64,000 nucleotides of DNA from assembly GCA_965222615.1 (NCBI GenBank), contig CBDCUI010000007.1, positions 544,001 through 608,000 of the forward strand, read 5' to 3'. Shown here piece after piece: positions 49,829 to 59,261 of this stretch (position 1 is the stretch's first letter; every line of letters begins with the position of its first letter). The DNA is from Gammaproteobacteria bacterium. Its GTDB lineage: Bacteria > Pseudomonadota > Gammaproteobacteria > UBA4575. A program made the translations under genes and the position numbers. The notes beneath the pieces were generated by a model, which ran no database searches, was not told the DNA's origin, and saw nothing but the letters and a program-made list of their open reading frames with translations.

Positions 49829-51352
49829 ATGGAAAAACAAGATCCCACTCCTATTGAAGCGATTGACTTTACATCGCTAAACAAACATACAGAAAAAACT
49901 AAACCTGCTGAACAGATATCGGTAGGTAAAAACTCTAAATTGTGGTTGGCTTTTTTACTTCTCATCACCTGTGCTATTGGAGTATTTGTATTTCTGCCAA
50001 ACTTTGTACCAAAAAAGCAAGTTACGATTTCTCCTCCATCAAATACACCCATCGAAGCAGAACAAACACCAGAAATAACTGAACCTATAATAGAAGAATC
50101 TACAAAGTTATCAGCTGCAGAGCTAAGTAAACTCAAGGCTGAAACTGAGGAACTATTACTTCAAGTAATCAAGAAACAGGAATTACTACAGTCAAAAGGG
50201 ATTGAAAAATGGGCCAAGGAAGAATTCTCACAAGCTAGTTCTTATGCAACAACAGGTGATGAATATTTTCGTAAACAACAATATCCAGATGCAATAAATT
50301 CCTACCAACAAGCCATCGATGCCTTGCAACTCTTAGAAGATAATGTTGCACCCACCTTAGCCAAACACTTAGAGCAAGGTGAACACGCATTATTACAAGC
50401 CAATCGTGAAACAGCATTGTTTCATTTTGAGCTTGCTCAGGCGATTGACGCAGAAAACACACAGGCACTTAATGGTATAAAACGTGCTGAAACCATTGAA
50501 GAGCTATTTAAATTATTAGAACAGGGTGGAAATCTAGAAGCCGCAAATCGACTTGAAGATGCCAAACAAATTTATCAACAAGCCTTTGATTTAGATCCCT
50601 TATCCATTGAGGCAAAGACCGCAATTGCAAGAGTCTCAAAGCGTCTAGTTGAAATCAAATTCACTCAATTAATTGCGTCAGGCTATAGCTCTTTGGAAGC
50701 TAAGCAATTTAATGATGCACGCAAAGCATTCCTAGCCGCACAGAAACTAATGCCATCTTCCGAAAAAGCTAAGCAGGGTTTAAAAAAAGTAGCAACTGCA
50801 GTTCGCCGAGAGAAAATTTCCACTTTGACGGTTGAAGCTCAACATTTTGAAAACCTTGAAGAGTGGGAACATGCAATGCAAAGCTACCAACAGATTCTCA
50901 GCCTAGACTCGGCTTCCTCATTTGCGCAAAACGGTGTTGAACACAGTCAAAAACGAGCTGCTCTATTGCGAAATCTCGACGACTATCTCAAAAACCCTGA
51001 ACGATTATATTCTGAAGACGTTGCCAAAGAAGCAGGGAACTTATTAAATAAGGTTGCATCTTTACAAACACCTGGTGTGAAAATTTTGCAACGAGCTACC
51101 ACATTAAAAGAATTATTGGCTAGTGCCAGTCAGCCAGTCTCCATTATTTTACAGTCAGATAACCAAACCGATGTAGTAATATTTAAGGTTGGAAAGTTCG
51201 GTCGTTTTGAAAGTCATAAAGTAGAGCTTAAACCTGGTAAATATACTATCGTTGGATCGCGACCAGGATATCGAGATGTTAGAAAAGTGTTAACGATTAC
51301 TGCTGACATGACAAACAAAAATATTTTAGTTCGTTGCGAGGAACCAATATAA
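49829..51352 (+). CDS. membrane-anchored TPR protein with C-terminal PEGA-like domain
   Basis: One TM, several TPR-like helix pairs (YQQAFDLDP, YQQILSLD), C-terminal LKPGKYTIVGSRPGYRD. Confidence 0.8.
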   Translation: MEKQDPTPIEAIDFTSLNKHTEKTKPAEQISVGKNSKLWLAFLLLITCAIGVFVFLPNFVPKKQVTISPPSNTPIEAEQTPEITEPIIEESTKLSAAELSKLKAETEELLLQVIKKQELLQSKGIEKWAKEEFSQASSYATTGDEYFRKQQYPDAINSYQQAIDALQLLEDNVAPTLAKHLEQGEHALLQANRETALFHFELAQAIDAENTQALNGIKRAETIEELFKLLEQGGNLEAANRLEDAKQIYQQAFDLDPLSIEAKTAIARVSKRLVEIKFTQLIASGYSSLEAKQFNDARKAFLAAQKLMPSSEKAKQGLKKVATAVRREKISTLTVEAQHFENLEEWEHAMQSYQQILSLDSASSFAQNGVEHSQKRAALLRNLDDYLKNPERLYSEDVAKEAGNLLNKVASLQTPGVKILQRATTLKELLASASQPVSIILQSDNQTDVVIFKVGKFGRFESHKVELKPGKYTIVGSRPGYRDVRKVLTITADMTNKNILVRCEEPI

Positions 51353-51396
51353 ATTTTCAAGTTCTACTGCAAATAATTAACTACGTGTAATAGGAA

Positions 51397-53799
51397 ATGA
51401 TTAAACAAGTATGTGTAACGGATATTGGTGGGCCAAGATTTTATACTCATGCAGATTTTCCTCTTGCGATTGGGACGCACCCTGGGGCTGATATTCACAT
51501 CGAAAGCGACAATTCATCCTCACCTATTGCCTTTTTAATCATTATTGTCAATCGCACTTATATTGAAACGGAAAACAACTATGCCGATATATTAATTAAT
51601 AATGAGCGTGTAGTCGGCCAGCAAGAATTGCAGCATGACGATATCTTGCAAATTGAAAATACAACATTTCATTGTGAGCATATCGGCGACACTCTTTCTA
51701 TTTCTCTATATGATGATCAAGAGCATCTTGTTGCAACTGATCATGATGTTGCCTCTCACGGTGATTTAATTGAGCCAATTGAATTAAAAGAAGCATACCA
51801 AATACCAAAAAAGAACAAACTGGCTCGTTTATTATCAATTTTAGTTTTATTAGTTTTTGCGCTACTAGCTTTAGTCATTGGTTATATCTTTACAGCAAAA
51901 TCTCTATTAATCGAAATTGAACCGAAGCCAGACAGTGTTGCTTTAAGTGGAAAAATCTGGCCTTTAAAAATTAAGCACCGATACATCGTACAACCTGGAA
52001 AATATGCATTAGAAGTAAAAAAATCAGGTTATTACCCATTACAAGAGGAAATTAAAGTCACTCACCATCAAGCGCAAAGCCTATCCTTTGCGCTGAAAAA
52101 AAAGCCCGGTTACTTAAAAATAAATAGTCACCCCAGTGATGGTGTTCGTATTCTCATTGATGAAAAGGAATATGGAACCACGCCACTGGAAGAAATTGAG
52201 TTAGATGCTGGCTCTTATTCCGTACAAGCCTCTATTGATGATTATCAACTCTATACCACCCAGCTGGTCGTCGAAGGTAAAGAGCAACACCAAGAATTAA
52301 GCATAGAGCTGCTACCAAATTGGGCTGAAATATCGATTAACTCCAAACCTGGTAATGCTGAAGTTTGGATAAATGGAATGAACAAAGGCACCACGCCTTT
52401 GAAGCTAGATTTGCAAGCAGGTAGTTATACATTGGAACTACGTCATTCAGATTATTTACCCTATACATCTGATTTCTTAGTGGTTGCAAACGAACCTCAA
52501 GAATTGCCCTTAGCTGAGTTATTTAGCAACCCTAGTCATTTAGTCATCACTAGCGTCCCCTCTAAAGCCAAAGTATTACTGGCAGGTATTGAACAAGGCA
52601 TAACACCTTTAACTTTACGTTTAAACCCAAATACTGAACATTCTTTAACACTTAGCAGAGCCGGATTTAGGGATAATCAACAAACTGTTTTATTGAAACC
52701 AGGAGAACAGTCAACGCTTTCTGCTGAACTTGAAGCAATATTAGGGACAGTAGTATTCAATATACAACCGCAGGACTCTGAAGTATTTATTAATGGTAAA
52801 TTTACTGGTAGCGGTAACGTAAAACTTTCGCTCCCGAGTAGTCCACATAGAATAGAGGTTAGAAAGTCAGGTTATGAAGTTTTTGAAAAAATGATTACAC
52901 CTACAGCAGACTCGCCACAAATATTTGATGTGGTCTTAAATCGTATCACTAGTGCCACCAAGACCGATAAACCTAGTTTGATCCAAACTAGTCAGGGACA
53001 GGAATTAAAATTAATTTTTGGTGGCAAATTTTCTATGGGTGCTGCACGTCGTGAACAGGGTCGCCGTTCCAATGAAACTCTACACACCGTTGATCTACAG
53101 AGGCCTTTTTATATAAGTACAAATGAAGTTTCCAATGCACAATTTTTAGAGTTTAACCGCACACATAACTCTGGAATCTATAAAGGTAATGATTTATCTA
53201 GATCAAACCTACCGGTTGTGAATATAGAGTGGAATGATGCTGCAAAATATTGTAATTGGCTGAGTGAAAAAGAAGGTTTAGATAAGGTGTATAAACAAGA
53301 AGGTAATCAGTTAAAAGCCATCCATCCCATTCCTAACGGTTATAGGCTACCAACAGAAAGTGAATGGGAGTGGGTTGCACGCGTACAAGCTAGTGGCAAT
53401 ACACAAAGGTATATTTGGGGAGATACCTACCCGCCAAAGCAAGTTGTCGCGAACTTCGCCGATGTGTCAGCGGCAACGATATTAGATAGCGTAATCGAGG
53501 ACTACGATGATGGTTTCGCCATCAGTGCTCCGGTAAGAAGCTTCAAGTCTAATCACTTGGGAATTTTCAATCTAGGCGGTAACGTAGCAGAATGGTGTCA
53601 CGACTATCACAGTATTTACCCCAGCTTAAGTGACAAAGTATTTGTCGATCCCAGTGGTCCTTCGACAGGGGTAAATCACGTGATACGTGGTGCCTCTTGG
53701 ATGAGTGGAGATTTAAGTAGTACTCGCTTGAGTCACCGAGACAGAGCCAACAAAAAACGTGTTGATGTTGGCTTCCGTATCGCTAAATACATAGACTAA
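51397..53799 (+). CDS. FHA-like / TM / PEGA repeats / FGE-sulfatase-domain protein
   Basis: 4-5 PEGA repeats (INSKPGNAEVWING..GTTP); FGE motifs EVSNAQF, PVVNIEW, YRLPTESEWE, GNVAEW, GFR. Confidence 0.88.
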   Translation: MIKQVCVTDIGGPRFYTHADFPLAIGTHPGADIHIESDNSSSPIAFLIIIVNRTYIETENNYADILINNERVVGQQELQHDDILQIENTTFHCEHIGDTLSISLYDDQEHLVATDHDVASHGDLIEPIELKEAYQIPKKNKLARLLSILVLLVFALLALVIGYIFTAKSLLIEIEPKPDSVALSGKIWPLKIKHRYIVQPGKYALEVKKSGYYPLQEEIKVTHHQAQSLSFALKKKPGYLKINSHPSDGVRILIDEKEYGTTPLEEIELDAGSYSVQASIDDYQLYTTQLVVEGKEQHQELSIELLPNWAEISINSKPGNAEVWINGMNKGTTPLKLDLQAGSYTLELRHSDYLPYTSDFLVVANEPQELPLAELFSNPSHLVITSVPSKAKVLLAGIEQGITPLTLRLNPNTEHSLTLSRAGFRDNQQTVLLKPGEQSTLSAELEAILGTVVFNIQPQDSEVFINGKFTGSGNVKLSLPSSPHRIEVRKSGYEVFEKMITPTADSPQIFDVVLNRITSATKTDKPSLIQTSQGQELKLIFGGKFSMGAARREQGRRSNETLHTVDLQRPFYISTNEVSNAQFLEFNRTHNSGIYKGNDLSRSNLPVVNIEWNDAAKYCNWLSEKEGLDKVYKQEGNQLKAIHPIPNGYRLPTESEWEWVARVQASGNTQRYIWGDTYPPKQVVANFADVSAATILDSVIEDYDDGFAISAPVRSFKSNHLGIFNLGGNVAEWCHDYHSIYPSLSDKVFVDPSGPSTGVNHVIRGASWMSGDLSSTRLSHRDRANKKRVDVGFRIAKYID

Positions 53800-53803
53800 A
53801 GAT

Positions 53804-54046
53804 ATGAAAACTCAAAAAACCCTATTACTTATACTTATATCATTTGTATTTTATACAAGTAACCATTTTGCAATCGCAGAAGAAGCTACTACAGAAAAAA
53901 ACCAAGACACAGTTGAAGATGAAAGCACTACTGCTAGGCCAAAAATCAGTTCAAAGAAACGCAGCGAAGTTAAAAATTTGGAAGAATTTATTCCAAGTGA
54001 AGAAGTCTCCGCAGATAAACCAATTTCTTTCCCAATAGATATCTAG
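53804..54046 (+). CDS. small secreted protein
   Basis: Signal peptide, flexible linker, C-terminal EEFIPSEEVSADKPISFPIDI. Confidence 0.75.
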   Translation: MKTQKTLLLILISFVFYTSNHFAIAEEATTEKNQDTVEDESTTARPKISSKKRSEVKNLEEFIPSEEVSADKPISFPIDI

Positions 54047-54052
54047 TTAATA

Positions 54053-54850
54053 ATGAAAAAACATTATCCCTTTGAGTTTATATATCAAGTTTTTAGCTTA
54101 TTGATAATTGTAATCATTGTACATGCTGCATATGTCGCAGTAATTCGTCCTAATGCCGAAGCCGAACTGGAACAACAAGCTGCACAAATTAATATAGACA
54201 AAAACTATGTGCCAAAGCGTTCAATATATGTGTTGATACGCGACTATGAGCAAGAAGCATGTTTCATTCTAATGTTTTGGGCATTAGTAATTATGTCTTA
54301 TAAAGCAGCTAATTTATTTCGCGAACGCAGCTTACTTGAAAAAGACATATTACATGCCAAAGATGGCATGAAATTTTTACCACAAGACACACGCGAATTA
54401 TCCAGACAAATACAAAATCTACCTGAAGAAGAACATAATTATTTACTACCGCGTGCATTACAAGTTGCTCTACATAGATTTAGCTCCACGAAAAATATCC
54501 AAGACGTTTCATCAGCAACTAATATAGTTTGTGAATCAGAATCAGAACGTCTTGACTCTGAGTTATCAATTATCCGTTACATCACTTGGGCAATTCCCTC
54601 CATAGGATTTCTAGGAACCGTTCGTGGCATTGGTGATGCACTTGGACAAGCGCATAAAGCAGTAGAAGGAGATATAGCTGGTGTAACAGAAAGCTTAGGT
54701 GTGGCATTTAATTCAACACTTATTGCTTTGTGCATTAGTATATTCTTGATGTTTATTGTGCATCAGTTACAACTCCTACAAGAGAGGTTTATTTTAGATA
54801 CACAAAATTACTGCAACAACAATTTAATACGCCACCTACAAGTTCCATAG
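54053..54850 (+). CDS. MotA/TolQ/ExbB proton-channel family protein
   Basis: WAIPSIGFLGTVRGI and LGVAFNSTLIAL motifs with conserved Pro/Thr. Confidence 0.92.
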   Translation: MKKHYPFEFIYQVFSLLIIVIIVHAAYVAVIRPNAEAELEQQAAQINIDKNYVPKRSIYVLIRDYEQEACFILMFWALVIMSYKAANLFRERSLLEKDILHAKDGMKFLPQDTRELSRQIQNLPEEEHNYLLPRALQVALHRFSSTKNIQDVSSATNIVCESESERLDSELSIIRYITWAIPSIGFLGTVRGIGDALGQAHKAVEGDIAGVTESLGVAFNSTLIALCISIFLMFIVHQLQLLQERFILDTQNYCNNNLIRHLQVP

Positions 54851-54860
54851 CATCAGATAT

Positions 54861-56201
54861 ATGACGGCTGTAGTTGTTGATTTATATGATAGTGGTGTAC
54901 TAATTTGCGATGGAAATCGTATTCTTGCCAATAGTGCAAGCTTCGCTTTAATTGAATCTGATAACACCATCATTGTTGGTGAAACTGCTCAACAACAAGC
55001 ACACATTCGCCCACGGGAAATCAGTACACAATTTTGGCAACAACTGTCAAAAACTAGTAATACCAAGCACGTTGTAAGCAATGCTGAGATTGCATGTAGG
55101 CATTTGCAATACGTATGGGAACAGATTGAAGATCAAGCATATCAAGTCATTTTAGCCATTCCCAATGTATTAACTAAGCAAGATTTAGGGCTATTACTAG
55201 GTATTTGCGAAAAACTTTGCATAGCCGTTGCTGGCATTGTCAGTAAATCTGTACTTGCCCTGCATGGATATGCAGATGACTGTCGTGTTGTTTACCTAGA
55301 TATTTTACAACAACAAATCATCATTACAGAAATACTGCATAAAAAATCAAGCATATCAACATCAGATTCCAATTTATTTATAGACAACGGTATTCAACAT
55401 TTAACAAATAACCTAGCAAAACACATTGCCAAGAAATTTATTGCTGAAACGCGTTTTGACCCCTTACATGTTGCAGAAGATGAACAACTCTTTTATGACA
55501 AATTAGCCATGTGGTTATACCAGTTAGAATCAAGTGACAGTATACAATGCAGTTTAAGTTCAAGCTCTGGCGAATACCATGTTGAGATTCATAAAGACTA
55601 CTTATTGCTCTGCAATAAGAAAACATTTGATGCTATTGCTAATAGTTTAATGTCATTTGCGCAGGATCAAAAAAATGTCCTTATCATTTGTTCACCTACA
55701 TGTTTATCAATATTTGGATTACTCGATCATTTAATGTCACTTCCTGGCTGTGCGGTAAAAACCCTAAGCCACATCGATTTAGCTAAGCAAGCATTGCTTT
55801 ATGAAAATCAGATTAGCGCCAAAAGTGCTCAAATACATTACACAACATCACTTACTGACCAGGATTTGGCTTCGCTTGATTTAAACTTTAATTCTGGATC
55901 TTTATCAGATTTAAACAAAAAGCCTACACATCTACTAATAAACCATCATGCATATTCGCTTTCACAAACAAATTATCTGGCACAAGATAAACAAGGAGAG
56001 ATAACTATAGGCCTAGAATGCAGTCAAAGTAGTGTATGCAAAATCACGATGAATCAATTTTTAGTAAATGTTGAAAAAACGCAAAATGTGAAGCTTCATT
56101 TAAATGGAGTTGAAATTACGCAGCAACAATCTGTACAAATCGGTGACCGTCTGAGTATCAACAAAGATACTAATGAGCTATTTTTTATTAATGTGAATTA
56201 A
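54861..56201 (+). CDS. degenerate Hsp70/actin-fold protein with C-terminal FHA-like domain
   Basis: VVVDLYDSG..SFAL..IIVGETAQQQA, ILAIP, VVYLDI; C-terminal LHLNG..VQIGDRLSI; fold inferred by eye. Confidence 0.55.
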   Translation: MTAVVVDLYDSGVLICDGNRILANSASFALIESDNTIIVGETAQQQAHIRPREISTQFWQQLSKTSNTKHVVSNAEIACRHLQYVWEQIEDQAYQVILAIPNVLTKQDLGLLLGICEKLCIAVAGIVSKSVLALHGYADDCRVVYLDILQQQIIITEILHKKSSISTSDSNLFIDNGIQHLTNNLAKHIAKKFIAETRFDPLHVAEDEQLFYDKLAMWLYQLESSDSIQCSLSSSSGEYHVEIHKDYLLLCNKKTFDAIANSLMSFAQDQKNVLIICSPTCLSIFGLLDHLMSLPGCAVKTLSHIDLAKQALLYENQISAKSAQIHYTTSLTDQDLASLDLNFNSGSLSDLNKKPTHLLINHHAYSLSQTNYLAQDKQGEITIGLECSQSSVCKITMNQFLVNVEKTQNVKLHLNGVEITQQQSVQIGDRLSINKDTNELFFINVN

Positions 56202-56202
56202 T

Positions 56203-57294
56203 ATGAAGCGAAGATCTGTCAATGCATTTAGTTTAGCTTTTTTGGATGTGATGTTTTGTGGATTTGGTGCGGTCATCCTATTTTTTATGATCATTAACGC
56301 TAATACTTATGAAAGAAGGGAAAAAATTAATGTTGTCGTTACTGGCGAGGCTGAAAAACTAGATGCTGAAGTTTTAGAAGGAAAAAAATTTCTTGTTGAG
56401 CTTAAAAACACACTGCAAAAAATAAATGAAGAGTTGGTGAAAACTCAAGGGCGCTCAAAAGAAGTCATTGAAAACATTACTGACAAAAAAGTTCAAATCG
56501 CACTACAACGCAAAGAAACCCTTGCTACGATCGAACAAATAAATAAGCTCAAGGCAGATTTAAAAGCACTTGAGGAGGCGAACCAGCGGCTAGAGGGCGG
56601 TGCTGCGAATGCACAATCACAAGGTGAACGGTTAAGATATTTTGCTGGGCAAGGGCAACGACAATATTTAACTGGCTTAAAAATGGGTGGCGAACGCATT
56701 TTGATTTTGGTTGATACATCCGCCAGTATGCTAGCAGATCGGATTATCAATATTTTACGTTTTCGCAATCTACCACAGACGGAAAGAATACGAGCAGCAA
56801 AATGGCAACAAGTATTGTACACCGTTGATTGGATCACTACGCGCATACCACCCTCTAGTAAATTTCAGATCTATACATTTAATGAGACCAGTTCGCCTGT
56901 TTATACAATAGAAGGTTCGCAGTGGTTAGACGGTGGCAATATTAAACATTTGAATACGGCTGTAGATAACTTCTTCGCAACTGCCCCAAATAAAGGGACA
57001 AGTCTATTAAATGCATTTCAGAGCATAAATAAACTTTCTCCACCACCCGATAACATTTATTTACTCACTGACGGGTTACCCACGCAAGGTGCGAACAAAT
57101 CAATTCGCTCAAAGATTAGCGCTAAGGATCGTAAAAAACTTTTTAATAAAGCCCTAAACAAACTGCCAACTGGCATACCCATTAATATAATTTTATTCCA
57201 TATGGAAGGAGATCCAGAGGCATCAAGCTTGTATTGGAAACTCGCGCAAAGATCCAATGGCGCATTTTTCAGTCCTTCCAAAGATTGGCCTTAG
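56203..57294 (+). CDS. ExbD-like TM, coiled coil and VWA domain protein
   Basis: FSLAFLDVMFCGFGAVILFFMI; MIDAS DTSASM; GTS; LLTDGLP. Confidence 0.85.
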   Translation: MKRRSVNAFSLAFLDVMFCGFGAVILFFMIINANTYERREKINVVVTGEAEKLDAEVLEGKKFLVELKNTLQKINEELVKTQGRSKEVIENITDKKVQIALQRKETLATIEQINKLKADLKALEEANQRLEGGAANAQSQGERLRYFAGQGQRQYLTGLKMGGERILILVDTSASMLADRIINILRFRNLPQTERIRAAKWQQVLYTVDWITTRIPPSSKFQIYTFNETSSPVYTIEGSQWLDGGNIKHLNTAVDNFFATAPNKGTSLLNAFQSINKLSPPPDNIYLLTDGLPTQGANKSIRSKISAKDRKKLFNKALNKLPTGIPINIILFHMEGDPEASSLYWKLAQRSNGAFFSPSKDWP

Positions 57295-57302
57295 TAAGAA
57301 AA

Positions 57303-58310
57303 ATGAAAAAACGTAGAAATATAGAAATATTTAACCTGTCTTTCTTAGACTGTGTTTGCTGCGGGTTCGGCGCACTTATACTGCTATTAGTACTATCAAA
57401 AACTGCAGAACCGATTATCTTCGAAGAGTACAGTAAGAATTTAGACAAGGTCGTAGCTAAACTTCATGAAGAACTCTATGAAATACGTGGTGAAACTCAT
57501 ATCCTGAACCGCGAATTGGTGAGCAAGAAAGAACAGCTTGCCCTTGAAGTTGAAAAGATCGCACGCCTGCAAGGTGATTTATCCTCTATTCTAGGACAAT
57601 TTTCGGCGTCAAAAGATGATGCAGTCATACAAAATAAAATTGAAGGACAACTTGCATCAGCTAAGCAGGATCTCACTGAAGAAATACGCCGTTTACAAGA
57701 ACAAGAGTTGCCACAACGCAGTGAGCCAGATGCCACTGTTGGAGGAATCCCTATTGATAGTGAATATATTATTTTTATTATCGATACATCTGGAAGTATG
57801 CAAAATCACGGTTGGGGCACTGTGCAACAAAAACTCCGTGAAGTATTAAATGTGTACCCAAAAGTAAAAGGTATGCAAGTGATGAATGACATGGGTGAAT
57901 ATATGTTTTCACAGTACACTGGTAAATGGATTCCAGATACGCCTGCGCGACGCAAAGTAGTGTTAAAACGTCTACGTAATTGGCAACCATTTAGTAACAG
58001 TAGTCCAGTTGAAGGAATCACGGCTGCAATACGAACTTTTTACTCTAAAAACAAAAAAATTAGTTTATACGTATTTGGCGATGAATTTACTGGCCCATCG
58101 ATACAATCTGTACTGCGCGAAGTAGACCTTATCAATAAAAAAGACAAATTTGGAAATCGTCGTGTTCGTATTCATGCAGTAGGCTTTCCTATTCAATTCA
58201 GTCGACCAGAAAGAGAACAAATTACTGGAATTCGGTTCGCCACGTTAATGCGTGCCCTGTGTGAACAAAACGGTGGAACATTTGTTGGATTGACTTCTCA
58301 TAGCCGTTAG
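57303..58310 (+). CDS. second ExbD-like TM, coiled coil and VWA domain protein
   Basis: FNLSFLDCVCCGFGALILLLVL; MIDAS DTSGSM; VFGDEF; RIHAVGF; ATG 57303 preferred. Confidence 0.85.
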   Translation: MKKRRNIEIFNLSFLDCVCCGFGALILLLVLSKTAEPIIFEEYSKNLDKVVAKLHEELYEIRGETHILNRELVSKKEQLALEVEKIARLQGDLSSILGQFSASKDDAVIQNKIEGQLASAKQDLTEEIRRLQEQELPQRSEPDATVGGIPIDSEYIIFIIDTSGSMQNHGWGTVQQKLREVLNVYPKVKGMQVMNDMGEYMFSQYTGKWIPDTPARRKVVLKRLRNWQPFSNSSPVEGITAAIRTFYSKNKKISLYVFGDEFTGPSIQSVLREVDLINKKDKFGNRRVRIHAVGFPIQFSRPEREQITGIRFATLMRALCEQNGGTFVGLTSHSR

Positions 58311-58326
58311 AGAGGTTATTCAAACT

Positions 58327-58483
58327 TAAGGGGTCTCTGATTAATTCAGAGGTTCTGCGATACAAGGACTTGCCACCAAAATCGATGATCACAGACCGTT
58401 GATTTTGAAAGCAACGTAGAAATCACATTTTTTTACATTGCATGCGCTGAGAATTCATGAATGAATTATGCAGAGCTTCCTTA
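58327..58483. mobile_element. MITE, ~157 bp
   Basis: Ends TAAGGGGTCTCTGATTAATTCA and (reverse complement) TAAGGAAGCTCTGCATAATTCA. Confidence 0.7.
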
Positions 58484-58605
58484 ACAATTTAGCAGCGACT
58501 AGTTTACTGCTGCATATTGTGATTAACTGATTGAAGTAACATAGTTTTATATTAATTCTTACTTTTTCTAGCAAAATAAACACGAAACCCCTAATTCATT
58601 TTATC

Positions 58606-59232
58606 GTGAGAAATATACCATTCACATCTTCAAAACCGTCTTATCTATTCAAGGAGTACAAAATGTCACCACTTAACGTTTATCAAATTTTGAATTTCAA
58701 ACGGTTGGGAAATTTTAAAAGTATTTGCGGCTTACTATGCCTAACATCGCTTATTTTAATTGCATGTGGTGGAAACAATAATGAAACACCTGCTACAACT
58801 GAAGAATCTACAACTTCTTCTGTTCAAGTAGAACAAGCTAGCGACAGTGATATTGTCGCAGAGGTACATGCCAATAAAGAAAAATGGTTATCAAATGAAA
58901 TTAAACAGTATGAAATTGAAATACAGAAAATATGTTTTTGTGAACCAGATGCTGTTCGTTTAATGATATTCCATGTAGAGAATAATGAAATACAAGATGT
59001 ACGTTATGCAGATTCTGGTGAACAGGTAGATCCTAGTCATTATAACGAATTAAACACAATAGAAGGAATGTTTACATTAGTGGAACAAGCATTAGATAAA
59101 AACCCTGCAGATATTAGCATTGCTTATGATACAGAGTATGGTTACATTAAAGAACTTACTGTTGATTACCATGAAAATATAGCGGACGACGAGTTCACAT
59201 TTATTGCTTCTAATATGAAACAGAAAAAATAA
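58606..59232 (+). CDS. lipoprotein (DUF6174-like)
   Basis: Lipobox LIAC; W...I..Y...CFC, TIEGMF, YD..YGY, IADDE; start may be 58663. Confidence 0.75.
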   Translation: MRNIPFTSSKPSYLFKEYKMSPLNVYQILNFKRLGNFKSICGLLCLTSLILIACGGNNNETPATTEESTTSSVQVEQASDSDIVAEVHANKEKWLSNEIKQYEIEIQKICFCEPDAVRLMIFHVENNEIQDVRYADSGEQVDPSHYNELNTIEGMFTLVEQALDKNPADISIAYDTEYGYIKELTVDYHENIADDEFTFIASNMKQKK

Positions 59233-59261
59233 TTAAAATAAATTTATGGGTTGAGCTTTGT

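Noticed and set aside
52980-53799. DGR target (FGE/C-type lectin fold C-terminus)
   Set aside because: No reverse transcriptase and no adenine-variant template repeat seen in the window
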